Shown piece by piece: positions 26,501-41,329 of a stretch of DNA of 64,000 bases. The stretch spans positions 62,001-126,000 of the forward strand of contig NW_026856458.1 in NCBI RefSeq assembly GCF_026571515.1. Reading direction: 5' to 3'. The stretch comes from Ruditapes philippinarum. Lineage: Eukaryota. The position numbers and the translations under genes were made by a program. Every line of letters starts with the position of its first letter. Within the stretch, counting starts at the first letter, position 1. Under the pieces are notes generated by a model. It did no database searches, was not told the origin of the DNA, and saw only the letters and a program-made list of their open reading frames with translations.

Positions 26501-27219
26501 AAGTGTTTTGTTTTTCTCTTGGAAAGCCCGTCCCATATATTGCCTTCTTTATTAGATTTCTTTTGCAGATTATATGAAAAAGTTGCTTTAAAGAATACAA
26601 TAAAACAACCTTTCCATTCATCACGCTACCAATCATTTCATCGATGAAATCCTATTTCTTATTTATAAAATGTTTTAAGAAAAAAAAAGAGTTAATTTGA
26701 TTGTGTTGTAGCTTAAGATTAGCATGGAAAATGAACATGAAATAGTTCAACAATGATGAGTCAAACATGACAACATTGACGTTGCTGAGATATTACAGTT
26801 TGGAAACGGAAGTCAAATAATTGTATTGAATTTTGTCGTTCAACTTTAGCATTATTGACAGTTCTGGTTTCAAAATTCATATTTTCTTCTATTGTTTTAA
26901 ATAAAATGTTATGTACTTAAGTTTGTGTAAGGGAGCTGGACGGTAGCTTACACTGACAGGTTTCCGCGAACTAAGCAAGCGCCACATTAAATTTTGCTAC
27001 CATAGGTGTTCTTTAAAGAAGAACATTTTTCGTTTTTTGCAAAAGTAGCACTTATTGCAGACTGTAAGATGCTGTTCTACATTTGCCTCTCTGCGTCCTT
27101 GTTAATAAATCTAAGTTATTCAACTAAAATGATATAACGCGAAAATGAGTGATCTTTGAAATAGTACATCTCAACAGAAGAACAAAATTATTTTTTCATC
27201 GTCTTATTACATACATATA

Positions 27220-27335
27220 GCCGCACGCGCACTCACACTCACTCAATCTCCCCCCACCCACCCACACGCATACATACACGCGTACGCACGCACGCACTTT
27301 CCTACGTACTTACCTTTCTACCTACATACATACAC
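27220..27335. repeat. Compound (CA)/(CGCA)/(TACA) microsatellite
   Basis: Directly visible. Confidence 0.8.
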
Positions 27336-28171
27336 TCGTTACAATTAAGGAACATGATTAAAAAGAGAGTCAATGACTTTTGTCACTTAGGTGCTTATTT
27401 ACGCGGAAAGCAATACACCGCCCGTGCTTCGTAATTACATGCCGTTTTTGTTTACAATCACAGCTTTGTTATGCAACGATGTCGGTTAATAACACGGTCG
27501 ACATTTAGATGTTAAAATATTTTAGTGACATAACACATTGCCTTTGATGTAGAAGGCTTAACTGTTATTGTTAAAACTACAAGACGTTGTATTATCACGT
27601 TAAACTATAACACTTCACCGAATGACACTTTTACTATGTCTAATTGTCGTTAACATCAATTTCACTTTAATGTTTTTGATGATTATTCATAATTCACAAT
27701 GCAATAAAGTTATTTTAGGAAGTTAACGCTATTTTATGTCGCGTGACGGGAGAAAATTAAGTCATCAGTGCATTCCGAAGCGCGTAATATCATTTTTCTC
27801 AAATTTTGAGACACGTTTAATCTAAGTGCGTAATATGATTTATTCAAGTAATCAGTTAGTTAGGTGTATAGCTAATTTTCTATGACTGACAATAACATCT
27901 TGTAATGAGGATAAAAATCACAGTTTTGTCTGGCGGCAAAAGGAGAAACATAGTATTAGATATGAAGACAATTGGATACCCAATTGAATTAATCGGTTAT
28001 AGGAAATGAAGCTTTCCAAACATAGTTTGTGCTTTTCTTATTGCAATGAGACATATAAAGTAAGAATTTCCTAACTTTAATGAATTTCTGCAATTATAAA
28101 AGTATTTTCAATGAAGATAAGGAAAGTGTATCTTTAAACAAAATTGAGTGGGAGTATACCCATTCCTTTCG

Positions 28172-28395
28172 AATGAAACGTAACAACACCGATATAATGG
28201 GTTTGCGACCAGCATGGATCCAGACAAGCCTGCGCAACCGCGCAGTCTGATCAGGATCCATGCTGGTTGTACTTGTTATAGGGTTGGTAAGCGAACAGCA
28301 TGGATCCTGATTAGACTGCGCGGATGCGCAGGCTGGTCTGGATCCATGCTGGTTGCAAACCCATTATGTTGGTTTTGTTGTGACACGGCTCAAAT
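28172..28395. mobile_element. Palindromic MITE (GAGCCG...GCGACCAGCATGGATCC family)
   Basis: Long self-complementary arms. Same family at 56374-56594 and 58520-58657. Confidence 0.85.
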
Positions 28396-30149
28396 GATTT
28401 ATTCATGTTGTCGCCTATAGATTTATACAAGTTACACGTTTTGTAAAAACTCTTTCAATTAGAAACTTTAATTTAGTAGATTCCAAGATTGACAACATAA
28501 CATAAAGTGACATTATGCTCATTTTTTTCATTGTCGAGTTGCGCAGAATTGACTATAATTATATTTCAAATCATTGACTTTATAATGGTAACTGGCCAAC
28601 ATTGGGTTTTGTAGAAGGTTTGGATTTAATATAAACATGCATAAAAAATATAACAAAGACTGCCCCACTCTTTTTATAAATTGAACGAAGAGGTCGAAGA
28701 GTCTGATATTTGTAGAAGTCTGTTTTAGTTACGGGACTTACGTACTATTTGTTTATTAGAAATAAATTATAACCTGAAAGGAAATTGAAATTATAAATTA
28801 TAAAATTGAAATGAACTATAGCAAAATGTAAACTTATTTTGACTTTTACCTGTTCACTCTTTACATACTCTTGGATGGGCATGTTTTATTAATGCATTTG
28901 TGTTAATGCTTAAGGTAGTTCAGGTAGTAACAAAGTTGAAAAAAAGTGCGTACTTCTGACCTTCTAATAACAAATCACGTGACACTTTAACTTAATGGCA
29001 TTATATAATTGTATATTTATTGTCTTCTTTTAGCCATAACTTACACGGATGGATAAAGCACTTAAACAATCATCTAACAATTGTAAATTGAAAGGCTTAA
29101 GACTTAAGACTACAGAGTTTAAGTATAGCATTTAAAATGAATTAAGTGCTAAGCGCCCGTATATGTTTGTTAAACAAAATGAACTCATATTTGCTCAATA
29201 TCAACGTTAAGATTAGTTTCACTAGCTTTCAAAAATGCTTCTATACTAAACATTTAAAATTTAATTTCGATTTATTTCTTGCCACCGTGACACGCTTCAA
29301 TTATCAGTTTCTTATATGTCAAAGGTGATTTATTTTTAACCTTTCGACAACAGAACATCTGAATAGTTTTATAACAAACATTTATGTCAACAATTTATGT
29401 AGTAAATGTCATTAATTCAGTATTGTTGTATTAACATATAATATAATATACTTTACTTGGCGTTTGTGGATAATTGATGCAAAGTACTCTAAGGTGTAGA
29501 AGATAGGATACTGATAAAGTGGGTGGTACATGTAGGGGTCGTGTTACACTTTCTATTACCTTACAAATTTAAGAAAACAATGTCTACAATTTTCACTTTT
29601 AAACTTATATCATTCCTCTTGGAGGATCTCCCCTTTTCCAGATTTTTTAATTATTTCGTTTGACGTATTAAAATGAAATAATACAAAAATGAAAACAGCC
29701 AATTGTATATCATATTAAGTTTTCATACCTATATGCGACTACTGAATGTTAAAGGCAGACTAAAGTGCGTATTTTGTAACTTGAATTAAAATTTTAAACT
29801 TACAAAAAAGTCAGCAAGTCAATTCATTAACTATGATACAATACTAATTATATACTTATAAATGAAATAAATACATTATTGAGAAATATTGTTGAAAATG
29901 CGTTAAATCATTTTCCTTATTTGAGCTTAAATAACTTACTTGTCACTGCAGTCAAAAATATTTTCGTATTTTCACTGATGTCTTGCCAGACTTCTTTTTT
30001 CTAAATTCGGCCAATACAAACAATTTAAGGAGAAGTCATTTCATATAATTTCATATTGTAATGGCTGACAAAAAAAGTGAAACACATTATTGACTTTGTA
30101 AATACAGGTCTTGATTTATTTTAAACTTGTTGTATGAAAATAATTATTA

Positions 30150-30225
30150 TCATATTTCACTCGTGGCTACCGCCACTCACGAAATATTTTGTTTCATACC
30201 ACTCGATGAAAATAAAATGTTATTT
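30150..30225. mobile_element. Palindromic core of a non-autonomous DNA element
   Basis: ATATTTCACTCGTGGCTACCGCCACTCACGAAATAT imperfect palindrome. Confidence 0.45.
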
Positions 30226-31870
30226 ATATGAAATACTATGTTATAATGATAATATAATCAGTTAAGTTTAAGATATATATATGTACAATCAGGGATAGGA
30301 ATAGTGACATGTCCGAGGTAAGTACTCTCAGTGCCTGAAAGGGCGGATGGCTAGAATACATAGTGTCGAGCAATTAGGAGGTACTTTTTAGAGATAGACA
30401 GAAATATGATTAACAAGAATAAACAGAATTAACTAGAACGTAACGCTCAGAAATTATCATAATGTTAATCAATTATATTATCTCATTTTCGAGATAGAAA
30501 TAATTAAACGTGTACACAGTGTCATTAGGACTGTGTTATTTTTCATTTACGTATAATTAGCAATGTCTCCTATAGTAAACTCAAAACACATGTGATCAGT
30601 ATATGCCTCGGGGAATTGTTGATATTAATTAGACGACTGATATAATGTACATACAGACTGAAGGATAAATGGTACCGTTAATATTACTAAATTAAACATC
30701 ATTTCCATGTTTCAAAGAAGAGTTCAGCTAAAGACGATGCTATAAGACATGTAAGTTTACACCGTTGCCGCCAATTGAGAAAAAAATAAGCCTGCATCAA
30801 TTCCAATGTCCTCATGCATGGCAATCTTTAACGATTCCGTTCTGACTTTTTTGTGAATTTTTTTTTATCTAATTCTATTATAATAAATGTCATTTCTACA
30901 TGAAAAGCTTAAATAGCTTGCAGAATTCAAAAATGTCATTTTGTTCATTATGAATATTGAAATGCGTGAAAAATACGACCAATAATTATGTAAATATCAA
31001 AATCCTCATATTACTTGTCGTCTAAAAAAGTAAACACAATTAAAAAAAATCATGCCTTGTGTCTTCCCCAACTGCACTTTTAATCATAATATTGTTATAA
31101 CTATCAGGAGAGAAATACCCTCTTAACATGCTTAACAACAACAACATCATATTTCGTCTCAAAATAAAGGTTTCCATTACACTTTATCTCTGTAGAGCAA
31201 TACATCTTAGCAGCCACCATATTATTAGTATCCCAAAAGGTGTCGCTCTGCGGAGGTTATACTATATAGTCATTTGAACTTTGCAATATATAAGAGACAA
31301 ACGTTTCCATTTCATGAAAATTAAAATTGCAAGAAATAATTTTTAAGAGGTATGTTTGGCTTAAAATCAATTAATGTGTTGTGTTGTGACATATTTTAAT
31401 ATAGTATCCTCTATTTTGAATAAATTACAAAACCGTAAATTTTGAATAAATAGCAAAAGTCTTATCTAAGAAACCTACTTTGGATTGAACTTGGTGATTC
31501 TTCTTATAATTAAATTCATACAAAGCTAGGAAGGCTATCTTATCACGTGTCAAGATCAAGAAAGTTTGTAGTATCTCTGTCTACTGAATGCATGGAAAAC
31601 AAATCATATCAACCGAATTTAATAGTAACTGTTTCAAGAGATGTATTTTTTCAACTACAAGTAATCTGTATAGATATACTAATAGAGATACCGTACTTGT
31701 ACATAAATATGCTATTAACTTCTTGTATTCGAAATTATAAGTTTTGTATTTTTTGACAGTATAATTTATGCTTAAAAGTATATCATAAAACCATTTCTTC
31801 AAGCACTGAAGTAGGAAAATAACCGTTTAAAAAATTGAATATCACAATAACACCATTTTGTATGTCTGAG

Positions 31871-31995
31871 TGTTGAATTCTGCTACAGCCGGTGCCAGAT
31901 GGCTTTGACGGAAACTTAAACTTTCCATTTCCGTCCATGAAAAGACTCAATCAGACCGAGCTTGCAACATTTTCAATTTTCAATTTTGTCGTTTT
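31871..31995 (-). repeat. Multi-hairpin dispersed element, orientation B
   Basis: TGTTGAATTCTGC...CCGGTGCCAGATGGC...GACGGAAA/TTTCCGTC stem...GCAACATTTT. Confidence 0.8.
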
Positions 31996-33689
31996 GTACG
32001 TTATTTGGCGATTCTTTATTTCTCTCTATGTTAAATAGAAATTCGTTATACCGTTAAAATAAGGTACATAATTCTATTGTCAATGTCGTCACAGCAATTA
32101 CAAAAAGTAATGTTTCGTCATATCATTCGAACCCAAAAGTACAAGGTTTACTGAAAATTGTGTAATTGCTTAGTAAAATAGAATACTCATGACTCAATTT
32201 TCTAACTTTCTAATTTAAGACGATTGTAATCATATTCTTATATTATTTTACCATCATGTCTAGACATCACTATTTAAGTTTTTACGTTGCATGAACGCTT
32301 TCATGCTGGGTAAAATAATAAGTTCTTTGTACTTTAGGACAATAAAAGAATACTTTGCCATTGTCTTAAACAACAACTACACTTTCAGGACAATTTAGAT
32401 AAGAAATAAAATTCCCTTCAAAAGGTACAACTCTTGATAAGTGTCAATAAATCGTATTGTTCAACATTTATATGACAGTATGCCACTTCTTCAACTGCCA
32501 AAAATCATCACAAACATTAATATTTTCTCGGTTTATGTTGATATATCTATTACGTTAAACGGTTAAGTTTGTTCTATTACTTACACTTTGTGAAATTCCC
32601 CTGCAAAATATCAATTAGTAATTCACTTATATCAATTATTTGCTTTTAATAAATGGTGATTAAATTGTAAATTTTTTATTAAAATTATTCTTTGATATAG
32701 ATATGATAACTTTTCTTTAAAGATTTCAGTAGCATGAATTAATGCTTCAAGCAATCATAAAATAAGTTATATGGTAATGCAATTATTAAAATAAACCATT
32801 ATTAATCTTATGCTATTTTTACTTACTTTGATGGTGCTTGTATTTTGACATTTTCCTTCTCTTTCGTCCCAATAAAATAATACCCGTAATTGTTAGTTGA
32901 TGAACTATTCGCAAATACCACAGTTTTGTTTTTCACAAGAAAATTTGTCTGTGCTATATTACAATTTCATATAAGCTTAAAGTTCTCATTTTATTTGTTC
33001 TTTCTGTTCCCAAGTATAAGATAAAAGCAAATAAAACGAATTATTGCGGGTTTCAATAAAATGTTTTCCAATCCCAGGAGTTGACGGGGTTTTAACAGGT
33101 AATGTATCTATTTTAAATATGCATCCATGGCAACGGGCAGAAAACCGTTGGATTTCAAGGCGCAAGTAACATTTTCGCAGCAAACCCATAAGGATAAATG
33201 AGTTGTGTTCGACATATATTTGATTAGAGATCACACAATTTGAAAACATGCTGTTTCTAGCGAAAAAAATGCCATTCCTTTGATGCACATAAAACAGATA
33301 TATTGAACTAATATATAACATTTTTTTTGTCTTCAAAGACTATGCCGATCACAGAAATAACAATATAATAGATTTCTACTCGTTATGCATGTAACGCATG
33401 ATATACCTTTGAATTGTATTGAACAGTTATATATCACAAGTCATCATAAGTGTATGGGTAGTATTAGTCATTTGAAAATTTTAAATAATTATATACTGTT
33501 GCAACGTCATTTAAATAACTAATATAAACAAAGACACATACAAGATACAGTCTTCTGGTAGAATTATCTCTTAGCTTTGTTATTAAAAAGGCGCAATGCG
33601 AACGTAAATTGTGCAAGGTATTATACAGCATTTGTCAAAACTGGTGCCAACATGATGTCAAAGTATGCTGAGTAAAACATAACATGATG

Positions 33690-34110
33690 GGGTCACTCGT
33701 GAAGTCATTTACTAGATAATCATAGCTATCGAATATTATACATGAATTAATAATACACTAAAATACAATATGGCAAAAAACTCTTTAAGTCATCAGCCAT
33801 ATACTCTCCCTGTACGATTATATACTTGGAAACCGTAATATTTACTTTATTTGTTGAATATAGTTTACATTAATTAATATTAATACAATATGACAAATAA
33901 CCTGTGAAGTCAATAACCATATAATATCCGTAAGTCATTTCTACCTGTACGATTATATACTTTGAGGACGTAGTTTATATTTACTTTTTTGAATATAGAT
34001 AAGTTACATTAGTAAATAATAAAACATGGCAAATAAATCGTGAAGTCATTAACCATATAATATCTGTTAGTCATTTGTACGTGTATGATTATACAGTTGG
34101 ATAACGTATT
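33690..34110. repeat. Degenerate tandem repeat, ~3 copies of ~120-135 bp
   Basis: ATG(G/A)CAAA...AAGTCAT...CCATATA...TGTA(C/T)GATTATA recurs near 33765, 33885 and 34025. Confidence 0.7.
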
Positions 34111-37100
34111 ATTTGCTTCATTTGTGTGAAATGATGCAGACAAATGTAGAATCTGAATTATTCTTGTTCATGATTTCAGTGAAGGCTTATCGAGACGTGA
34201 TTTAAATATTGAGACATTAAACAAAGGATTGAGACAGCAGATAAGGACAAATGTAGGATTAAAGAGGGTCATCAACATTTTAATCTTAGACATAGTGCTA
34301 ATGATATTGCCATTTAATAATATAGAAGGATTATTCTGGTGAAACATGATATTTTAAAACAATGATCCTCTTTGATGTTATTTATGATAGAATAAATACA
34401 TCTCGCTTAAATAAGTGGGCTCCAAAAGGTTTTTAAGGATGACCACAGCAACGAAGAAATCAGTGACAATGGCGACGTAGCAAACATATAACCTCGACTT
34501 GGTATTCGAAGCGGAAAAGCTAAAATTAATAATTATTTAAGTAAATTAAATTGTTTTGAATAAATATTCATGATGCTATGCATTGATGTCATAAAAATAT
34601 CTAGGCAATTTATTCTGATTTTACCAGCAATTTTATTTAGCTCCTTGAGTAAATACGATATGGGTAACTGTGATTAATATTTCCAGTATAAACACAAGCA
34701 TATTTCATAATTAAATTTGAACAAGTATATTATTGTTACAAGTACAAAATCGACAAAAAGTAAACATAAAAGAGAAATCGCTACAATTAAAATGATCACC
34801 AATACTTTTATATTTTTAACAGACATATTAAAAGCAGAACATAATCGTTTGGATGAAAAATGACCCCCACCTCCCGCTTTGAACTGCCTTTAAGTTTATG
34901 GATTATTATTTTATTGAATTTAAAAACAAAACAAAAACACACAATTATAGTTATAACCAAAGTGACAACATGTCATCCATAAAATAGTAAAAACTGAAAA
35001 TAACCTGACATTTTGCAATTATTATATATTTAATGTCAAATTTACTATGAAAAAATGATCAAAAAATCACATAACCCAAAGAAATTTCCAACAATATTTT
35101 TCATAATCTATCGGTAAAACTTTATTCTTTACATTTAAAAGAGTGGGATAGCTTTTGTATGATATAAATATTTTTTTTAATTATTTTATACATATTTTAC
35201 ATTATCAATTATATGTGAATCACCATAAAATAGTCAAATGAATGTTTTGAAGTACATTACAATTTTAACTCGAATTGACGGCGAAAAAATGCGCAAAATA
35301 TCACCTAAATAAGATCTTATAAGAAGCAATTTTCCCTATGATAATATGCGTTTCTTTACAATACAGTCCCTTATTTTTAGAATACTTGTATATTAATATA
35401 CCATTTACGATGTTTCCTCTCCTTGCATGACTGTTACTAATGACAATTTGGAATGTTTCTTGAGGCCATTTCCTGTTTTCTAACATAATTTCCTGAATGC
35501 ATTCCTGTTAAATGTTCTTCATATGGACATTGAGCAATGTTCAAATTACGAAGCAAAATCATGAAGAAGGAGATGAAATTGTATGTTTCAGGCTAAGTTT
35601 ATTCTAAGCTGTTTAATCAATTATTGTAATTGTATTTATTTTCTAGCATTTATGTTCAAAGTCATAAATATTTATTTGTCAGACAAAAATATATAAAGGC
35701 ACATAATGCTTCAGAAAAACAAAGCATTTTTTTGTCAAATAATATCACAAATGTGTTTTACTCATGTTTTAATAATAGAATTAGAGCATGAAAGGTGTTT
35801 GAAACTTATCAAAATAGCGCTGAACATGCAGTAATGTGTCATTAAGGTAGACCATGGGTAATGGGCACTATAAGGAACTGTAAAATTGACAACATAGGAC
35901 AGTTATATACCTTAAATGTCACCTACAATTTATCATACAAGTACCACTTGTGAATGATGTACCTTGCTTAATATACTAGTATTATCCTTTTATATTGATT
36001 ATTCCGGTATATAATATAATATACAATATTAATTATAAAAAGAAATACTTGTATATGATGCACTTTTTTATAATGATTGTCCGATAGTAAAATTTAGTGT
36101 TTTTGCTTGTAGCTACAATTAATCATAAAAGTACTTCTTTTGTATATATTTATCTCTTTTAATTCGCGTGTCTCTTTTTGGGTTATTTTTACAAGATTTA
36201 AACTCTATTTTCCGTACACTTCATAGTTGATGCCAATTTATTTTGACTTCATTTGAATAGGTTTCCATCCTCAAGTGTTCCTGCATTTAAATGCCTTATT
36301 CAGAGATGGTGTGAAAATGTCATTTGTCTGAAAAGTACAAATAAAACCCTCCAATATCAAGTTCCAAAACATTACTCGTTATGGCGAAGACATTTAACAG
36401 ATGATGTTTTTTGATAATATTTTTTAAAAGCAATTTTAAAAAGAAATTTGTTAATGAACATGTGCTTATAACAACATTCTAGCCTATCCCATTTCTGTGG
36501 GCGTTTTTTACATTTCAAATGGATAAAATGTTAATAAATAAAAGCTTGAAATTGTCAGGATCAGAAAAGGCATTATCATGTTCCTTGTTTGTGTTTTTAT
36601 TGCAAGTGGAGAATGATTTGTTTGCATCATAAGATATGTATATTTGTTGATGATTGCAGTGCAAATGTTATTACATCTTTTGTCACAATTTTTGCATCTG
36701 TGTCATATGTCTCGTTATATCACGCTATGTGTGCTCTTCTGAACATTAATACAAATGTAATGGTAGTATATTACTTTTTGTCATTGTAATTTAAGTTCGT
36801 CCCATGAAATTAATAAAGTCGTAAAGGATTGTCAATCGTGAAGGTATAGATCAAAGAAGTTATAGATACACCTGTAGATAAATGTGATATACCATGCAGT
36901 GTTTAATTTACAATACGAGTCTTTTGACCTCATTGGATATAACACAAAGGGATGATATAATATAAATATTTCACATGACGTATAGGTCAATATTTACACT
37001 AATGTTTGATGTTGTATATCTTGTGCGGGGAGTGGTATAAACATATATTGTTTTGATTGAAATTTGCTGCAGATTTAAGCATTTTATAAATAACATGAAT

Positions 37101-38479
37101 TTGTATTAAATCCGCATCGTATAGATACGAGTTAAGTCTTCACGGAGAAAACAGTTACCTAAGAAGGTTTCTTGACTATTTTGTACATTATATATAATAC
37201 ATTATATATATTCAAAATTTTCAAAAACATATTAAAAGAGTATCATGAGAACTTAACATGTATGGATTCACCTCTTATATATATTTTATGCACTTAAATT
37301 CTATGACATAATTCAAACCTCCGAAGAACTAAAACATTTATTTTACTCTTACTGTCTTATGGTTTGAAAACATTTTAAAAGCAACACATTCAACTTTTGT
37401 TGCAAATATTATATATTTTTTATGCACTGAATATAAACTCTGATATATAAATACAATTATGAAAAATAAAACAAAATGAATTTTTATAAGTGTAATATAT
37501 AGTTTAATCATACTTTATTTATAGTATTCACATAAATTAAAAAAATAACGGGTTGGCGAAATAATAAAAAGCAAGTAAAAGTGTTGATTTTTTATATAAC
37601 AATAGCGGTCGCCTTCCCGTTATATTAAAGTATATTGAGTTATAATTATAATTGATTAAGAATGTAAACGTTCATTTTAACCTTCACCGACATTCTTTTC
37701 GCAATACATGAATAAAGTGTACCTGAAACTGAACCTTTGTAATATCATAAAATCCATTAAAATGTAATCTGAAGATTTAGCCAATAGAATATAAATAGTT
37801 TATATTAATACAACGATTAATAACATTGGTTTTAATAGGTCGATGCTTTTCTGGTGGCGCCTTATGTTATCTTACTCTGTATATATTATAGACATAAGGA
37901 TTTGAGCTTAAACCATCCTCGAATCCCTTTTGGCATTAACTTAGGGTTTTAATTCAAATAAAAAAATGATTATAGAGATATATGCTATAACATAACACAC
38001 AATGTCAGTGTTGGTGTGTTGAAAAAAAAAATGATATTTATTCTTTTTTTCATAGACAAACCATGAATAATTTCTTATAAGATGTTTTTATCTTTCTTTT
38101 TGTTAAAACAAGGACCATATTATGTAATAAATGTATCATTATTGGGGCAATTGTACCTTTTGGTGTGATAAAATTTTTTCATCCCCACTTTGTTGTTCTT
38201 TGTTTTGTTTTTTTCTGTTTGTTTTTTAATCTTACCTTAAATTAAAATTAACATCTCAATCATTCAATACAATTTAAAGAACAGATTGTAACATATTTTC
38301 TGAATTTTAACCCTTTTTTTGCAAGAAGTTAAATGTTTTTTTTTCAAGTCATTAAACCTTAATTCTTTTGCCTTGTCAAATGTCTAACATTTAAACTACA
38401 TGCTGTATTAACATATTTTAACTATAAATGAATGTGACACCAGATTACTGTCACACAGCATCATCTGACATGTATATTA

Positions 38480-38620
38480 TTAGTTATAAAGACTGTTGAC
38501 ACGTTATATGGCTCTATATTACCGGTTGTTCATAAATATAACCCGAGTGGGTAGGCGAATGTTATATTGCTAACAGCCTTTTATATAGGGTCATATGACC
38601 TGTCAACAATCTTTATAACG
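38480..38620. mobile_element. Palindromic non-autonomous DNA element remnant
   Basis: GTTATAAAGACTGTTGACACGTTATATGGCTCTATAT pairs with ATATAGGGTCATATGACCTGTCAACAATCTTTATAAC. Confidence 0.6.
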
Positions 38621-40047
38621 AATTTATAATACAGCAAGCATCATTTTGTGGATAAAAAGTAAGATTTTTTCATGAATCGACAGTAGCCATGCTTTATTTA
38701 GTTTACAAAATGATTGTTTGAATTATGAAAAAAAAAACTTTCCAAATGCATATATACTGTTGATCAGTTAAAACCGTACATAAAATAAAAGCATATTATT
38801 TTGTTCACGATCATATTATTCTTATAACGTACAATGTTCATATGATTGTGTTAGTTATAACAGCGTCTTTCTATAACACAACCCTTTCGATAATTTTCCA
38901 CGCGCTAATGGAAGCAATACGAATTAAATGTTTATATATTGTATAAAATTTTGTATTAGATAGTTTAATTGTTCTGTAAAAAACTAAAGAAAGCTGATAC
39001 GTCTGATATTTCGTGAAGATATATCCATTCAAAATTAAACTCTAAATCAACTTTAAAAAACTGAAACAATTTATATATAATTATCTAAATTAAAATACAA
39101 AACTGGTATCACTAAATGTGAAGGTTTTGTTCAGAGGTGATTTATTTTACTGGTTTTTAATCATTTGCTATTCCATAACACTATGTAAGTAATGTTTGAA
39201 TTAGAAATTTTTATGTTCAAATATGTTAGCAATATTATTTAGTTAAAGCAGAACAAAGCAGGCATTTTATTAGAATAATACATTAAAAAGATCCTCTTAA
39301 TACATAAACATCATTGATAAACATGACACATATCTAGAACATATTGCAAAGGTAAATCATATACACTTAGATATATATTTAATATTTAATACATAAAACA
39401 AAGATAGTACGTTGATAAGTACTGTAGCATTAGATTATCAGATCAATAAATGAATTTAGAATTATAAATGTTTATGTTATATATTTGCAGATTTTTTTTA
39501 GAAATGGTTTTATTTTATTTGAAGAACTAAGTCAATCTAAATTTAAACACAGACATAATAAAATCGTTTAATAAATCTATTTGAAAATAACAATGACATA
39601 AATAAAAAGTGGAATTTATCTTCAATATCTATAATGTTACAAAATAAAGAAAATCTTTTGTTTCATAGTAAATATGAACATATGACATATTAAGTATTAG
39701 ACTATATGTACATCGTGGTTAGAACATAATCTAAACTATTTTGATCACTCCTTGAAATTTGTTTCAGAATCCTTTTTTACGGATGTGAGAAAGAAGTTAA
39801 AAAAAATCTAACATAAAATTGATTCCAGTCGTAAAATGGTATCTATATCTTAAAGGGTATTAACATCTTAAGAATGTTCAAAAGCACTTAATCAAGTTAA
39901 ACATAAAAGCTATCCAAATGGAATCCATTTGCATTCCATAATATATCTTTAATATACTTTCAGTTAAAATCATCATACTGCGAAAAAATACTTCTATATT
40001 TTCAAAAAATATGATGTTGAAAGCTATCATCCATAATTGAAACTTGA

Positions 40048-40360
40048 TTTAGTTCCGCCCATTGTTTTCTCGTTTAGGGCACACGCTTTTTAATTTGGGG
40101 ACTATACGCCTCTTTTCATGGAATGGCACAGAAGTGTCACATTGAAGGTTCCATGATAACCGCCGTATGAACACATCTGCGGATGTTTAGGGATTCAAAA
40201 ATTTACTATTTATCGTTTAAATGTTGAATTCTGCTTAAGCCGGTGCTAGGGGGCGTGGACGGTAACTTGCACTTTCCAGTACCGTCCATGAACAGGCTCA
40301 ATCAAACCGAGCCTTCAACATTTTCAATTTTGCCGTGTTGGGCTTTCTTTAGGGATTCTG
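40048..40360 (-). repeat. Multi-hairpin dispersed element, best-preserved long copy (orientation B)
   Basis: Closing stem AAATGTTGAA (40219-40228) with TTCAACATTT (40314-40323); stem TGGACGGTA/TACCGTCCA (40256-40288); stem AGGCTC/GAGCCT (40294-40314); upstream ACATC-TGCG-GATGT hairpin and TTTAGTTCCGCCCATTG. Confidence 0.85.
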
Positions 40361-41329
40361 TATTTATCTATTTTGTGGTCAGTAAAACACGGTTTTGGCG
40401 CGTAAAACAAATTGTTAAATAACGAAAAGCGGCTTTGTAACACAAAGTGTATATCAACATGCGTATCAACATCGGAACAGTTTTGGCAAATGTACTGAAA
40501 TGCTTCCATCTTTGAACATCTGCAAGTCATACTCTGTTGAAAACACATCAGCGAGTGGCAGCAATTAAGTGAATGTTTATTCTACTGATAAAAGATTGTA
40601 TGTCGTGTGAAAAAGAAGTATATAATGGAATGTTTTAACTATGTTTTCTCTGTCCATTTTTTCAATGTCTCCAGCTCCATAATAAGCTACACAATATCAT
40701 GATATTTCACTATATCCACCGCCACATTTATATTAACAGAAAGTCCAAGATGCAGACAATGACTTGTGCGTGTGCAAAGAGGATGTAGTTTCAGTATATG
40801 TCGTAAAGAGTGTACCGTATGGATATGCACCGTTTTTAAGACGAATTGCAAAACATCGAAGCTATACGCTTATTACATGGATAAAGTATTTTTCATTCGC
40901 ATATTTTTTGGATAAAATTCCGTTTTTCAAAACTTACAAATTAATTGAAGCAATTTCATATTTTTTTCAATTTGACAATACATTTTTTAAAAATGTTTTC
41001 TTTCAAATTAATTTTATTCAAAATTTTACTCACGTTTTTTCTTTTTATTCATCCTTTATCATTCTAGGTTAAAAGAAAACTGTTTATAATCCAACACTAA
41101 TTTTCGTCGGCATCATTTCGGCTGAACTTTCAGCCTTATATAAATCATACATTTGATTCATGTCACAACCGCTGCAGAACGTTTCCTTGTTTAAAACGAG
41201 TTTAAAAGGCCATGAATTTTATTTAACAACCATCCAAATCGTTATTGTCTGTAACCCATATGCCTGTTACACCATTTATTTCAAACAAGATTTAATTTCC
41301 GAATAAAAGTCATTATATTTACAAATTTT

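Noticed and set aside
28214-28420. ORFs sharing AWILIRLRG (also 56296-56499 and 58480-58668)
   Set aside because: Translations of the same palindromic MITE, not a gene family.
30290-36400. Scattered splice-like sites and short open frames (30318, 30751, 34165-34340, 35409-35480)
   Set aside because: No homology, paralog support or consistent exon chain; expected by chance in AT-rich DNA.
40219-40323. Hairpin element as tRNA, H/ACA snoRNA, or hammerhead/twister/HDV ribozyme
   Set aside because: No T-loop GTTCGA; hairpins are too short for H/ACA despite a terminal ACATTT; no CTGATGA/GAAA core in the right order; resemblance to twister or CPEB3 words is limited to a few bases.
40324-40548. Cys-containing ORF resembling a B-box start (TCRC...YICQNCSD)
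   Set aside because: The remaining zinc ligands are absent, the ORF runs into the repeat element, and the inverted homolog has a stop in this frame.
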